Shown here in pieces: positions 40,901-47,775 of a stretch of DNA of 64,000 nt. The notes below the pieces were generated by a model, which saw only the letters and a program-made list of their open reading frames with translations, did not search any database and had not been told where the DNA came from. The DNA lies in NCBI GenBank assembly GCA_963796105.1, contig CAWCKJ010000004.1:352001-416000 (forward strand), written 5' to 3'. Each line of letters begins with the position of its first letter. Positions within the stretch are counted from its first letter, which is position 1. Made by a program: the position numbers and the translations under genes. This stretch comes from a candidate division FCPU426 bacterium. Its GTDB lineage: Bacteria; Oederibacteriota; Muellerivitia; Muellerivitales; Muellerivitaceae.

Positions 40901-42883
40901 GCCGATCACATCAAAAGCGGAAGGTATTCCAATTTCTCCCTCACTAAGGTTGAAAGTATTTGAAGCCACATCTAGGCTTCCCAGGTAAGCCGAGGCGTTG
41001 CCGCCGCTTCCCCCGTTGCCTGTCGCACTGTTACCGCCAGTTCCGCCGCCCACGCTGACCAAACTGGAATCCACTGATGCCGTGCCTGTTGCCGACAGGG
41101 TCGCATTGCCGCCAGCACCGGACACATTGTCAGCTCCCGCATTGCCGCCGTTTCCGCCACTCACATTCAAAGTGGAGTAACCATCGGTGCTGGTGAGGGT
41201 TAAATTCCCCGTTGAGGCCGAGGCGTTCCCACCGTTGCCTCCAGCTCCGCTGGTATTGCCTGTGCCGTTCGTCCCATAATTCAGTCCGTCGCCGTATACA
41301 CTCCCCAGGGACATCTGCCCGCCCATCCCGGCTGTGCCTCCATTGCCCCCGTTGCCCCCGGTCACGTTCAGCGTGGAATCATTCGCCGTCAAATCCCCCG
41401 TTGCCAGGGACGCGTTTCCGCCGTTGCCCCCATTGCCGGCCGTATTGTCATTTCCGCCATTCCCAGTGTTATCGCTGGAAAATTCGCTAAACCATGAGTA
41501 ATTGATGCTTCCACCATTGCCCGCGTTACCACCATTGCCGCCGGATCCGGCCGTGACATTGAGCGTGCTCGCATCCAATGAAACTGCGCCCGTGCTGACT
41601 GCCGAGTTCCCCCCGTTCCCGCCGTTGCCGCCCACGTTCCCACTTCCTCCGCTGCCTGTTACGTCTGTAGAACCGTAGTCATAATATCCGCTGATGTTTC
41701 CGCCGTTGCCGGCGTTGCCGCCGTTGCCGCCGTTGCCCGCGGCTACGTTGATGGCGCTGGATACCACCGACACCGCCCCTGTTGCCGTCAAGGCCGCGTC
41801 GCCGCCATTCCCGCCATTGCCTCCGATGTTGTCGTCACTCCCACTTCCTGTGGTTGTATAACCCCCCCAGTTATAACCCGTATACGCATTGCCCCCGGAC
41901 CCGTTATCCCCGCCTGAACTTCCGGTACCTCCGGCCACGTTCAGGCTGGGTGAGCCATAAGTGTTAGTCAGGGTTAAATCCGAACCGATGGAAACCGACG
42001 CGTTCCCACCGTTTCCGCCATTTCCGGTAGCGCTATTGCCGCCCGCGCCACCCGACACATTGACTTCGCTTGAATCCACTGACACCGCATCCGATGTAAT
42101 CAAAACTCCGTCGCCACCTATGCCGCCGTTGCCTGTCTCGCCTGTTGCGTTGCCGCCGTTTCCGCCGATGACTTGATTGCTTGAGGAGCCAGTGACGTTT
42201 AACGATCCCACGCTCTGGGTCGCCGCGCCGCCAGCTCCGCCGTCGCCGCTGTTGTTATCCGCGCCAGTTCCTCCGATGATAGCCACACTGCTGGGATCAA
42301 CCGACATGTTGCCGGTGACATTCAAGTTCGCCGCGCCGCCAGCGCCGCCATTGGGAATTCCGGACCCACCATTGAGTCCCAGGGTTGAATTTGAAACTGT
42401 CAAACTGTTCGAGGAGGCTGAAACAGGGCTGCTTGAACTCGCGGCACCAGTGAATTGGACTCCGCTGGAGACCAAGCCGTTTAATTGAACGCCGGATATG
42501 ACAATGGAGCTGTTGTTGGGATTGAGAACCTGGAAGGCGTTCCCGTTGTTGATCACAACATTCGCGCCGGAGTTGGTGAAAGTCGCGGGTTGGGATAAGG
42601 CCGGAAGGTCCACGGACAGGACGATGGATTGGCCTTCTATAGATGAGAGATCAATCGTGCCGCCGCAGGGACTGTTGGAATTGATTTGATTGATAGCGTC
42701 ACCCAAGGAACCGGGACTGTTGTCCCCGGCATTGGTTGTGACAGTCACATTGAGGGGACTGCAAGACACAGGTATGGCCATGGCTGGAAAAGGGCGCACC
42801 AATGCCCAAAAGCTAAATATCAAAATGCCCAATCCAATCAAAAGTGAATTTACTTTCGGAAATCGGATCTGAGTTTTTTGCAT
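28901..42883 (-). CDS. Giant (4660 aa) autotransporter adhesin-like protein with PGRS-like Gly/Asn-rich acidic passenger
   Basis: GGAGG SD, signal peptide, numerous GGNGG repeats, LTKLGTGTLTLSGSDNYSGGT PATR motif, C-terminal barrel ending ...GEIHFNL. Confidence 0.93.
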   Translation of the reverse strand: MQKTQIRFPKVNSLLIGLGILIFSFWALVRPFPAMAIPVSCSPLNVTVTTNAGDNSPGSLGDAINQINSNSPCGGTIDLSSIEGQSIVLSVDLPALSQPATFTNSGANVVINNGNAFQVLNPNNSSIVISGVQLNGLVSSGVQFTGAASSSSPVSASSNSLTVSNSTLGLNGGSGIPNGGAGGAANLNVTGNMSVDPSSVAIIGGTGADNNSGDGGAGGAATQSVGSLNVTGSSSNQVIGGNGGNATGETGNGGIGGDGVLITSDAVSVDSSEVNVSGGAGGNSATGNGGNGGNASVSIGSDLTLTNTYGSPSLNVAGGTGSSGGDNGSGGNAYTGYNWGGYTTTGSGSDDNIGGNGGNGGDAALTATGAVSVVSSAINVAAGNGGNGGNAGNGGNISGYYDYGSTDVTGSGGSGNVGGNGGNGGNSAVSTGAVSLDASTLNVTAGSGGNGGNAGNGGSINYSWFSEFSSDNTGNGGNDNTAGNGGNGGNASLATGDLTANDSTLNVTGGNGGNGGTAGMGGQMSLGSVYGDGLNYGTNGTGNTSGAGGNGGNASASTGNLTLTSTDGYSTLNVSGGNGGNAGADNVSGAGGNATLSATGTASVDSSLVSVGGGTGGNSATGNGGSGGNASAYLGSLDVASNTFNLSEGEIGIPSAFDVIGGNSGTSANGAGGNGGNAALTVSGAVSVDSSNVSVGGGVGGNSATGNGGNGGNASVSIGSDLTLTNTYGSPSLNVAGGTGSSGGDNGSGGNAFTGYNWGGYTTTGSGSDDNIGGNGGNGGDAALTATGAVSVVSSAINVAAGNGGNGGNAGNGGNISGYYDYGSTDVTGSGGSGNVGGNGGNGGNSAVSTGAVSLDASTLNVTAGSGGNGGNAGNGGSISYAYWSEFSSDNTGNGGNDNTAGNGGNGGNASLATGDLTANDSTLNVTGGNGGNGGTAGMGGQMSLGSVYGDGLNYGTNGTGNTSGAGGNGGNASASTGNLTLTSTDGYSTLNVSGGNGGNAGADNVSGAGGNATLSATGTASVDSSLVSVGGGTGGNSATGNGGSGGNASAYLGSLDVASNTFNLSEGEIGIPSAFDVIGGNSGTSANGAGGNGGNAALTVSGAVSVDSSNVSVGGGVGGNSATGNGGNGGNASVSIGSDLTLTNTYGSPSLNVAGGTGSSGGDNGSGGNAFTGYNWGGYTTTGSGSDDNIGGNGGNGGDAALTATGAVSVVSSAINVAAGNGGNGGNAGNGGNISGYYDYGSTDVTGSGGSGNVGGNGGNGGNSAVSTGAVSLDASTLNVTAGSGGNGGNAGNGGSISYAYWSEFSSDNTGNGGNDNTAGNGGNGGNASLATGDLTANDSTLNVTGGNGGNGGTAGMGGQMSLGSVYGDGLNYGTNGTGNTSGAGGNGGNASASTGNLTLTSTDGYSTLNVSGGNGGNAGADNVSGAGGNATLSAAGSVSIDTSSVGVGGGTGGYSATGNGGNGGNANVAVTSNLNVTGNNDSSSLVVAGGTGGSSNSGNAGNGGAAALTVSGAVSVDNSNVSVGGGTGGLSYYGTGGNGGDASVSVGSNLTVNDYSNLSVMGGSVPTNYYWYTYSPTGLTGSGGSAALAVGGSVSLDTSNVNVAGAAGADNYNGSAGSGGNASVSIGSNLTVTANNDSSNLNLTGGSGGSNFDYYGIGTGGSGGSATLSVGGAVSVDSTNVNVTGGYGGSGDGSSSSVTQGAGGDATATLGSLTLTSNAYNSSTDPGTTSSFNVVGGSGGNDYGDGNGGKGGSASLLVAGAVSVDSSDVSVGGGAGGYSNYSIGGIGGDATASVGSLSITSDNSNGNTSKFNVHGGNGGSSQNGYDPAGGSATLTSTGAVSVDSSEVSVTGGDAGFGIGNSGNTEGNGGDATVSAGSLDLTSDHYYQNSTGNPANLSVNGGAGGNDYSYGNGGNGGDAALSSSGAVSLDSSNLSVNGGAGGNSQYAYAANGGDASVSVGSDLNVTGNYSTSNLLVVGGAGGGTYSGTAGNGGSANLTSGGAVSVDNGNVSVGGGTGTTSYYYGNGGNGGNSSVSVGTNLSVNDGSTFDVAAGSAQSAYPWDYGNWSDTGTAGSGGSATLTVSDAVSIDSSSVNVTGGTGALGVNVNGGNGGNANVSIGSDLTVTSNNGYSSLNVIGGNSGSNYWEYDNGLDGTAGSATLSAGGAVSVDSSTVNVTGGNAGYGYGSYDEDQTESAGGNASASLGSLALTSNSFNSSDDPGTTSSFNVVGGAGGDDYYYGNGGNGGAATLTVAGDVSVDSSNVSVGGGQGGYSDYSNGGNGGDASASMNTLTVTSNNSNDNTSTFNVYAGNGGYSYDGSDPAVSGNGGSATLTVAGAVSVDSSEVNVIAGSAESGFGNSGDTEGNGGNATASLGSLTLTSNNAETSNLNVVGGNGGDDYSDGNGGNGGAATLMVAGAVSVDSSNVSVGGGQGGYSNYSNGGNGGDASASMNTLTVTSNNTNDNTSTFNVYGGNGGYSYDGSDPAISGNGGSATLTVAGAVSVDSSEINVIAGSAESGFGNSGDTEGTGGNAMASLGSLTLTSNNAETSNLDVIAGWGGYDYAYGNGGNGGDSALSVAGAVSVDNSNIYVVGGGGGYSENANGGNGGNASVSSGSLTLTSESSLVAIGGQGYSGASGYSGGEGDGYSSYDYEEDGLPQGWQISLQGGDGVGVTGTVGSNGGSGGAVTASLGDVNVGSSSSVSLAGGNGGNGGNGGDGGSGYGGEAYQDGTSYGDEGYDGETGYGDNAVGGTGIGGDGAQGGNGGNGGSVSLAMNSLTLQSGASFAVTAGQGGVGGNGGDGGYAEGAWAGGGTGYGGYGDDGNGGNGVGGNATAGSAIGGNGGNGGIGGDGGSLALSTGNITALGNVVTLSAGSGSQGGTGGVGGAAYSDGANDPYEDYGTGISEDGDNYPGNGIGGNATGGNITGGNGGNGGNGGNGGSVTGSTGAVTLASSNLSILGGQGGNGGDAGNGNYAYGPYYYDDGGYYGGEATADDYSMQNNGGNATSANVSGGNGGNGGNAGKGGSVSLALQGDTSLTGESTLQVSAGNGGQGGSGGNEESTEYSGWADGSYADAGEAYYGLENYGGNASNGNVIGGNGGNGGNGGDGGNLTLDDQGNINVSGSSQVNLTAGNGGTGGYSGEGMYGGDSEADGGEAYVGGYLNVGGNGVGGNSAGGNGGNGGNGGNGGSVSLAAGDVALSGNSTLNVAAGYGGDGADGGYGGYGGETSVYGGSADETFDGNAVGGNAVGGNGIGGNGGNGGNAGIGGSVTVSLGDVTSSASNITIASGNGGQGGYGYDGTEGDGDYAQGGDAYNSADNNYGGNAVGGNGIGGNAGNGGNGGYGGDLTGVLGNTALSNGSTLVLSAGNGGYGGDGGYGGDGYGGEGNGGQAYNEGDTAYGGNGTGGNGTGGNSGNGGNGGNGGNLTVTMASLTVDSGTVSVTGGTGGNGGNSNSAGWGYSGDGNGGYADYGVGGNGQDGNAMGGNGGNGGNGGNGGNSALTVTGTVALTTSSSLAVVAGNGGTGGSGGSQGIGDIYEYTGSAGSADEGDSGTYTPGTGADGTNGNGGNGGRGGNASLSTGAVTMDSSFLLVQAGNGGDGGNSGSYNLEAGAVRNTDKGLTSDVTDMGGNGGNGGNASLMTGSVSLNNSSSINVLAGNGGSGGGGSVWGTDGTAGNASVSMGSLDLIDSNSYFNVQAGMDGSDSVTGSTSVYLGGLYGLGSVTLFGGPSTLQVQMGDFSGSINGTSGLEKVGDTESGLILRGTNNYTGGTTVTSGWLDVDTNGTLGTSNWVTVGSLGSLDFFDFKNAGGLTIENNGYTLFQDNSTAGNALLDNTMNGEVDFKDSAQAGTATINNNGGRLYFYGSASAQNSVINNLADGNGYIQFSGNATAGSATINNDSNGLSGGTLEFNDDSTAGKSDIQNQGSVGFNNNANAGSATIVNDNNGVVVFNGNSDAGSASITNEGGASLYFFNASSADQAAISNADGGLVQFGNQIVEAKTATSTAIASAAYANINNSGDLLFEKDSTAASATITGNSGSLVAFSGTALGGNAVFNQAVSSVFDISGSSTGVTVGSINGAGNIYLGAENLGLGINNTDMALSGSILDGGLSGGMGGSLTKLGTGTLTLSGSDNYSGGTDMEDGNLVIASSSALGTGSLALNGGTLSTDGINHLILVGKNYSQSATAALSLGLGGTLLTQYDHLVIGGTAAMAGTLQVTSYDGFTPTIGEGFTVAGTGGVLTGQFSTIDESFTGLRLYPVYLAHEVVLEAMPASFTDLSKTHNQISVADELDGLYGSQAVTGLMAELGTLTAGQYPHAYDLISPSNMAALYTVNFRLAELQAGALGSRLSSFLAGQGGFGGGNNLAGIDSSKMFAGTLPAEVELEMARHSSRIKDEERWGGFISGDGGNLNVTGDGNGEGYKATYGGLTAAGVDYQFSRDLAVGLLAGNQSANITATGGSHLAINGGQLGLYGLIKSEGFFAQFLGEVGYDAYDSQRIAFGGTAAGNTNGGMYSGELGVGYQTQTGNWTLGPVGSIQHTHVDVNAFQETGSSSNLSYGNQGDNSFASNLGGRAAGDIPLSRDVNFLPVVTATWLNEFDYQGGEVTSNIGGSPFTVLGSKIGQSGFQVGGGLGLQWKNGLNFTIRYQGDFGRTNFDSQAFGGEIHFNL
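35080..36170 (-). repeat. Diverged in-frame 486-bp (162 aa) duplication in the passenger
   Basis: Segments near 35238 and 35724 are near-identical at a 486-bp offset; boundaries approximate. Confidence 0.8.
38577..42044 (-). repeat. In-frame 1257-bp (419 aa) tandem repeat, about 2.76 copies
   Basis: The same sequence and shadow ORFs recur at 38698, 39955 and 41212 (offset 1257). Confidence 0.95.
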
Positions 42884-43197
42884 AAAATAGCCTCCAAGGC
42901 TTTTGTGGGGTTAAATGAGAAGTTAAACGAAAAACTAAGTTGCAGAAACATACCCTAGTTTTTTGAAAAAAGGAAGTCTCCAAAATGAAAAATTTGATCA
43001 ATTTTCAACAATTTAACCCAATAATATTTTTACCAAAATTCTTCTAAAAAAGCCTTTTCTTACCTAAATGCCTTAAGCTTTTGGTCTTTAGGACCCGTTT
43101 TCGATGTTTATTTAGATGGCCAAATCCCTTGTTTAGAAAAAAGAAGGCTTTAGCCCTAGAATGCATCATTCTAAAACCATTAAAGGATTGGAAATAA

Positions 43198-44016
43198 ATG
43201 GGTTCTTTATTAAATTCAGCCATTGAGGCCGCCAAAATCGCGGGAAAAATCCAAAAACAGTATTACGGCCGTTCCATCAATATCCAATACAAGTCCAAGA
43301 ATTACCTGAACCTGGTCACGGAAGTGGACAAGGCCTGCGAGAAAAGGGTCCTCTCCTTCCTCGAAAGGAAATTCCCATCCCATAACTTCTGGGGGGAGGA
43401 AACTGGAAGGGGAAACGGCCGCTCCGAATATACCTGGGTCGTGGACCCCTTGGACGGGACCACCAATTACGCCCACAGCTACCCGTTCTTTTGCTGCTCG
43501 GTGGCTTTGGTGAGAAATTTGAAGCCTTTTATCGGCGTGGTTTACGATCCGATGCTGGGAGAATGTTTCACGGCGGAAAAAGGAAATGGAGCATTCCTGA
43601 ACGGCAAACGGCTCAGGGTTTCAAAGACCTTGCGGTTGTCCCAGAGCCTCCTGGCGACCGGATTCGCCTACGCTGTCCGGGAAACCCACTACAATCTGGA
43701 CAATTTCCGAACTTTCGTCTTAAAAGCACAGGGAGTCCGCCGGGACGGCTCCGCCGCGTTGAACCTATGCTACGTGGCAGCGGGAAGGTTCGACGGCTTT
43801 TGGGAAAGGGGCATCCAGGCCTGGGATATGGCCTCCGGAGTCTTGATGATCACCGAGTCGGGTGGAAAAGTGACTGACATTTCCGGAAAGCCTTTCAATC
43901 TTTTGGGCGAGAACGCCATCGCCAGCAATGGGAAGATCCATTCGGAGATTTTCAAGATCCTGCAAAATGGGAAGGACGAGAAGAACTGGACCTTAAAACA
44001 CATCCGAAAAATTTAA
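43198..44016 (+). CDS. suhB: Inositol monophosphatase family (SuhB-like)
   Basis: LVTEVD, GEE, WVVDPLDGTTNY, RRDGSAALNLCYVAAGRFDGFWE, WDMASG. Confidence 0.9.
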   Translation: MGSLLNSAIEAAKIAGKIQKQYYGRSINIQYKSKNYLNLVTEVDKACEKRVLSFLERKFPSHNFWGEETGRGNGRSEYTWVVDPLDGTTNYAHSYPFFCCSVALVRNLKPFIGVVYDPMLGECFTAEKGNGAFLNGKRLRVSKTLRLSQSLLATGFAYAVRETHYNLDNFRTFVLKAQGVRRDGSAALNLCYVAAGRFDGFWERGIQAWDMASGVLMITESGGKVTDISGKPFNLLGENAIASNGKIHSEIFKILQNGKDEKNWTLKHIRKI

Positions 44017-44033
44017 GTTTTTCCCCTGAATTT

Positions 44034-44834
44034 TTAAATTTCAAGGACAACTCGCGTGCCGATTCCCATCCGTAGTTTCTTGGCGGCGTTGCCGTTGTTT
44101 ACGGAAATCTCCAAGTTACCGCTTGACCCCATCAAAGCAATCAAGTTTCCCCTCCCGGTCTGGGAGTAATGGGTCGCCAAGTTTCGAAGGACCATCTTGC
44201 CGATTTTCAAGCGAAAGGACGAAGTCTGGTCCAGCGGCCGGGTCTTTAGCGTCGGCAAATGTTTTCCCGTCAGGTTCGTGACCAGATTTCCGAAGTGATC
44301 CACCCACAACACTTCCCCAACCCAACCCTTTGGAGTTTTACGCGGTTCCGGAATTTCAACCGCAACCCACCGGCTTAACTTTTTCCCCAGTCTTGAGAAA
44401 GGCAATCCCTTCGCCAAACGCGCCGCCACCGGCGCAAAAACATCCCGGCCGTGAAAGGTGGAGCTGTGCTTGGCAAGCTGGTGTTTTTTTTCGGTCAATT
44501 CGACTACCGCTTCGATTCCCCATTCCCCCAACGCGGTGGGAATCAGGCCGTTATCCGGTCCCACGAAATAGCGGCCTTGGGATTTCACGGCTATCGCCTT
44601 GCGGGAACTTCCAACCCCCGGATCCACCACAACCAAATGGATGGTTCCCCTGGGGAAATATTCCAGAACCGACTTTAAGAGGAAAGCTCCCGGGAGAATA
44701 GCCTGGGGAGGAACTTCATGGGTGAGGTCAACGAGACGGGCTTGTGGGCATATTCCGAGAATGACGCCTTTCATAGTTCCTACGAAAGTGTCTTGAGTGC
44801 CGAAATCAGTTAAAAGTGTAATGATGGCGGAAAT
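44034..44834 (-). CDS. SAM hydroxide adenosyltransferase (DUF62; chlorinase/fluorinase superfamily), probable ATT start
   Basis: VVDPGVGS.R, GPDNG, STFHGRDVFAP, VDHFGNL; conserved ITLLTDFG lies upstream of the ORF-track Met. Confidence 0.9.
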   Translation of the reverse strand: MSAIITLLTDFGTQDTFVGTMKGVILGICPQARLVDLTHEVPPQAILPGAFLLKSVLEYFPRGTIHLVVVDPGVGSSRKAIAVKSQGRYFVGPDNGLIPTALGEWGIEAVVELTEKKHQLAKHSSTFHGRDVFAPVAARLAKGLPFSRLGKKLSRWVAVEIPEPRKTPKGWVGEVLWVDHFGNLVTNLTGKHLPTLKTRPLDQTSSFRLKIGKMVLRNLATHYSQTGRGNLIALMGSSGNLEISVNNGNAAKKLRMGIGTRVVLEI

Positions 44835-44878
44835 ACAAAAGACTCCTAAAACATGGTGATGGAAACCCTGACAGTTTT

Positions 44879-45748
44879 TTAGCCAGCCCAGCCTTGGAGG
44901 AATTCCTCTATTAGATTTGGCAGGTCATCATGGTATCCGCCCTCCAACAAGGCGAAGCTGGGTATATTAAAGTCCTTCAATAACTTGCCGATGGTCCTGT
45001 AATCCTCTTTAGTCAATCCGAACTGGGCCAAGGGGTCCTTCTCATAGGTGTCGAACCCCATGGAAACCCCGATCAAGTCGGGTTGGAAAGCCCGAATCTC
45101 ACCCATGGCTTTTTCCAGCGCAGGGAAATAATCGCCCTCCTGGGTCCCCGGTGGCAGCGGATAGTTCCTGCAGTTATCCATGGACCTTTGCCCCGTGCCG
45201 GGATAAGCCGGAAATTGGTGGAGGGAAACAAAAAGAAGCCCCGGTTTCCCGAAGCAAAAATCCTGGGTGCCGTTCCCATGGTGTACGTCCAAGTCCAGCA
45301 CCGCCGCCTTTTGAGCCTTCCCTTCCTTTATCAAGGCCTGGAGTGAAACCGCCATTGAGTTGAAATAGCAGAAACCCATGGATTGGCCTGGGGTGGCGTG
45401 GTGCCCTGGGGGGCGCATCAAAGAGAATATTTTCACGCCTTTGAGGGCCTCCCGGGACGCCTCAAGGGCAGCGCCGGCGGAAAGAAGGCTCGAATTGAAT
45501 ACTCCCGGGCCGCCAGGTGTGTCCATGTCGATAAAATCCTCGTTCCGAACCAGATTCACCAAATCTTCCCCATGCACGGCCCGGATGGCTTCCATCGGCG
45601 CCGGTTGGGGTTCCTGGAACAAATCGGAGGGAAGGATTTTTCTCAAATGGGCCAGGCTTCGGACGACGCGGCCGGAATGTTCGGGGTGACCGGGTGAATC
45701 GTAACCGATTTTCGGGGTCGAGATGATTTTAAGGTTATTTTTTCCCAT
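44879..45748 (-). CDS. Histone deacetylase family protein
   Basis: HPEH, RPPGHHA, GFCYFN, DLDVHHGNGTQ, LEGGY. Start placed at ATG 45748, overlapping the PilZ gene end. Confidence 0.92.
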   Translation of the reverse strand: MGKNNLKIISTPKIGYDSPGHPEHSGRVVRSLAHLRKILPSDLFQEPQPAPMEAIRAVHGEDLVNLVRNEDFIDMDTPGGPGVFNSSLLSAGAALEASREALKGVKIFSLMRPPGHHATPGQSMGFCYFNSMAVSLQALIKEGKAQKAAVLDLDVHHGNGTQDFCFGKPGLLFVSLHQFPAYPGTGQRSMDNCRNYPLPPGTQEGDYFPALEKAMGEIRAFQPDLIGVSMGFDTYEKDPLAQFGLTKEDYRTIGKLLKDFNIPSFALLEGGYHDDLPNLIEEFLQGWAG

Positions 45749-46193
45749 CTTGACGGCCGAGTCTTTCTGCCAAGAGGAACTTATCCAGCCGGACGACATC
45801 TTGGCGGTTAATGGCGAGAATCTTGATTCCGGCCCGGTAGGTGGACCCCGAACTTCCAGTGGCGCCGACATCCACCCGGATCACCTCAGCCAAGAGGGTC
45901 AAGGGAACCGGCCGGTCGGGAAGGTAAAGCTTGATCTCCAGGGCGGTATCAGGCGGAAATTCCTCCGGGCCCACGAGGGACATTCCGCCCATGGAAATAT
46001 CACGGGTAACCGCGTGAAGAGTGACCGACTTTTTGGAGAGATCCGGTAAATGGTCCACGGTGGATTCCCGGTAGGAAGGATTCGCCAGGATTTTCACCAA
46101 TTCGCTCTTAGGAATCATCGTATAGGTGACCTTGATGGCGGCGTCGATACGCTCAAATTGCCGTTTTTCCATCCACCCCGTCAGAATGTCCAT
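45735..46193 (-). CDS. PilZ-domain protein
   Basis: RQFER (RxxxR) and DISMGG (DxSxxG) motifs. Confidence 0.88.
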   Translation of the reverse strand: MDILTGWMEKRQFERIDAAIKVTYTMIPKSELVKILANPSYRESTVDHLPDLSKKSVTLHAVTRDISMGGMSLVGPEEFPPDTALEIKLYLPDRPVPLTLLAEVIRVDVGATGSSGSTYRAGIKILAINRQDVVRLDKFLLAERLGRQDGKK

Positions 46194-46266
46194 TTCAACT
46201 CCAAAACAAGTAGGGTCAGGACCCCATGAAGGCTTTCAATGCCTGAACGACGTCCGCTAGCTATCT

Positions 46267-46476
46267 TTATTTTTTCCAATGGATACAGGTAACCGGACAA
46301 CAGTCCATGGCTTCCTGGATTTTCTCTTCCGTATCCCCCTGGGGGTTAAAAACTTCCGACAAGCCATCCGTCGTCATTCGGAATACGCCGGGAGTCATGA
46401 CCACGCAGGACTCGCATCCGGTGCATTCATTCGGGTCAACGAATGAAATCCTATTCGTTTTCTGGGCGTTGCTCAT
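46267..46476 (-). CDS. Single-cluster ferredoxin
   Basis: CTGCESC...P.VF...CPVTCIHW. Confidence 0.9.
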   Translation of the reverse strand: MSNAQKTNRISFVDPNECTGCESCVVMTPGVFRMTTDGLSEVFNPQGDTEEKIQEAMDCCPVTCIHWKK

Positions 46477-46587
46477 AATGATTTTAATCCTTCACCTTTA
46501 CAAACGAGATTGTTGGATTTCCGCCAAGATTTGCTGAGCGGCGGCTGGATCATAGCCTGGTCTCGGAATTTTAAAAGAATGGCTCTT

Positions 46588-47592
46588 TTAAAATTGGACC
46601 GCGAAACCCGTACTGCCCGCGATATCGGACCCGTTGGACTCGCCCACCACATCCCATTTGAATCCCTCGCCGACCTCAAACCCAAGAATGAATTTCGGCT
46701 CCAAAATAACCGGTTGACCCGAATTCTGGACATTGATATCGAAATTGGAGGAGTTGGGATTGATGGTTGCCGTCACCTGGCCGGTCACCGTTGATCGAAC
46801 CCAGCCGGAATTTCTTTGAAACCCGACCGCGGCGTAGGGAAAAAACTCCCCCCAGTCTTCCCCGACGATCAAGCGGGCGCCGAAACTTTTAACGTTCCAA
46901 TCCAGGTCATAGTTCGTGTCCCCCGTGATGGAGTCTTGATACTGGGTTCCGCTGTCGGTATAGGTTGAGTTTTGCTGGACGCTTGTGTTAATCGTGGTTT
47001 TTCCGTAAAGGATATCCCAACTGGTTCCAACCGCGATCACAGGAAGCGGAAAACGGTCAAGGATTCGGTACCGCATATCCACGCCCCACCCGGTGTATTG
47101 TCCGGAAAATCCCGCCGCTGGAACGTTGAGCTGGGGCATGTAAAGCAGTTTCGCCCCCACATCCAAACCATTGATGATGCCGATTCGGAAGGTCGCCACG
47201 GGAAAGGGCGCTGGAAGCACCGAGGGGACATCAACATTGGAGGAAGCTACCAGGGCTTTGAGTTGTAGATTATCGATATTCGATATATTAATCACATCAG
47301 CCCCAGCCCCCACTCCTATCTGCAATTTAGGATTTCCCACAATGTCAAATATCTTGGGCGCGTTTTGCCAGCCGAGGGTCGAGAAAAAGGCGATGCTTTT
47401 GGTGAATTGGCCGTTCACAAAACTCGTGATTGAAACATAGTCGGCCTGCATTTGATTTTGAAAATCCGTCAGTACTTGAGCGGATGCCCTTTGAAGTGGG
47501 AATACCCAAAGACTACCACTCAAGGCTAAGAATAAAAGGCGCTTTTGATGAATCACCCTGAGGCCTTCCTTAATCCTTTGATGAATACTCAT
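46588..47592 (-). CDS. Exported beta-barrel-like hypothetical protein (DUF6588-like)
   Basis: Signal peptide, P.P...RIG...GLDVG.K pattern, C-terminal Phe. Confidence 0.5.
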   Translation of the reverse strand: MSIHQRIKEGLRVIHQKRLLFLALSGSLWVFPLQRASAQVLTDFQNQMQADYVSITSFVNGQFTKSIAFFSTLGWQNAPKIFDIVGNPKLQIGVGAGADVINISNIDNLQLKALVASSNVDVPSVLPAPFPVATFRIGIINGLDVGAKLLYMPQLNVPAAGFSGQYTGWGVDMRYRILDRFPLPVIAVGTSWDILYGKTTINTSVQQNSTYTDSGTQYQDSITGDTNYDLDWNVKSFGARLIVGEDWGEFFPYAAVGFQRNSGWVRSTVTGQVTATINPNSSNFDINVQNSGQPVILEPKFILGFEVGEGFKWDVVGESNGSDIAGSTGFAVQF

Positions 47593-47775
47593 TCTAATTT
47601 AAGGGATAGCAACTCAAATTTAAAGCGTTTAAAGACGCTTGTTTATTCAACAATTGTATGGGTTAAATAATCTAAAGAGGTAACAAGAAAGGGAATTCGG
47701 CGTTTCACGGCCTTTTTAAACTATTCGCGTTTTTCCTTACAATTCGCGCCCTTTTGGGTTTCTTTTGCAAGGAAG

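Noticed and set aside
38577..42044. Diversity-generating retroelement TR/VR pair
   Set aside because: Differences between copies (e.g. TCA/GCA, TTT/TGG) are not adenine-specific, and no reverse transcriptase is in the window.
29244..42872. Many short plus-strand Pro-rich ORFs
   Set aside because: Antisense shadows of Gly codons in the giant autotransporter.
44034..44834. Fluorinase/chlorinase of a halometabolite pathway
   Set aside because: STFHGRD with His points to the hydroxide-using DUF62 type, and there is no biosynthetic cluster nearby.
45749..45871. N-terminal extension of the HDAC in the ORF track
   Set aside because: Lies inside the PilZ gene in another frame; HDAC similarity starts after ATG 45748.
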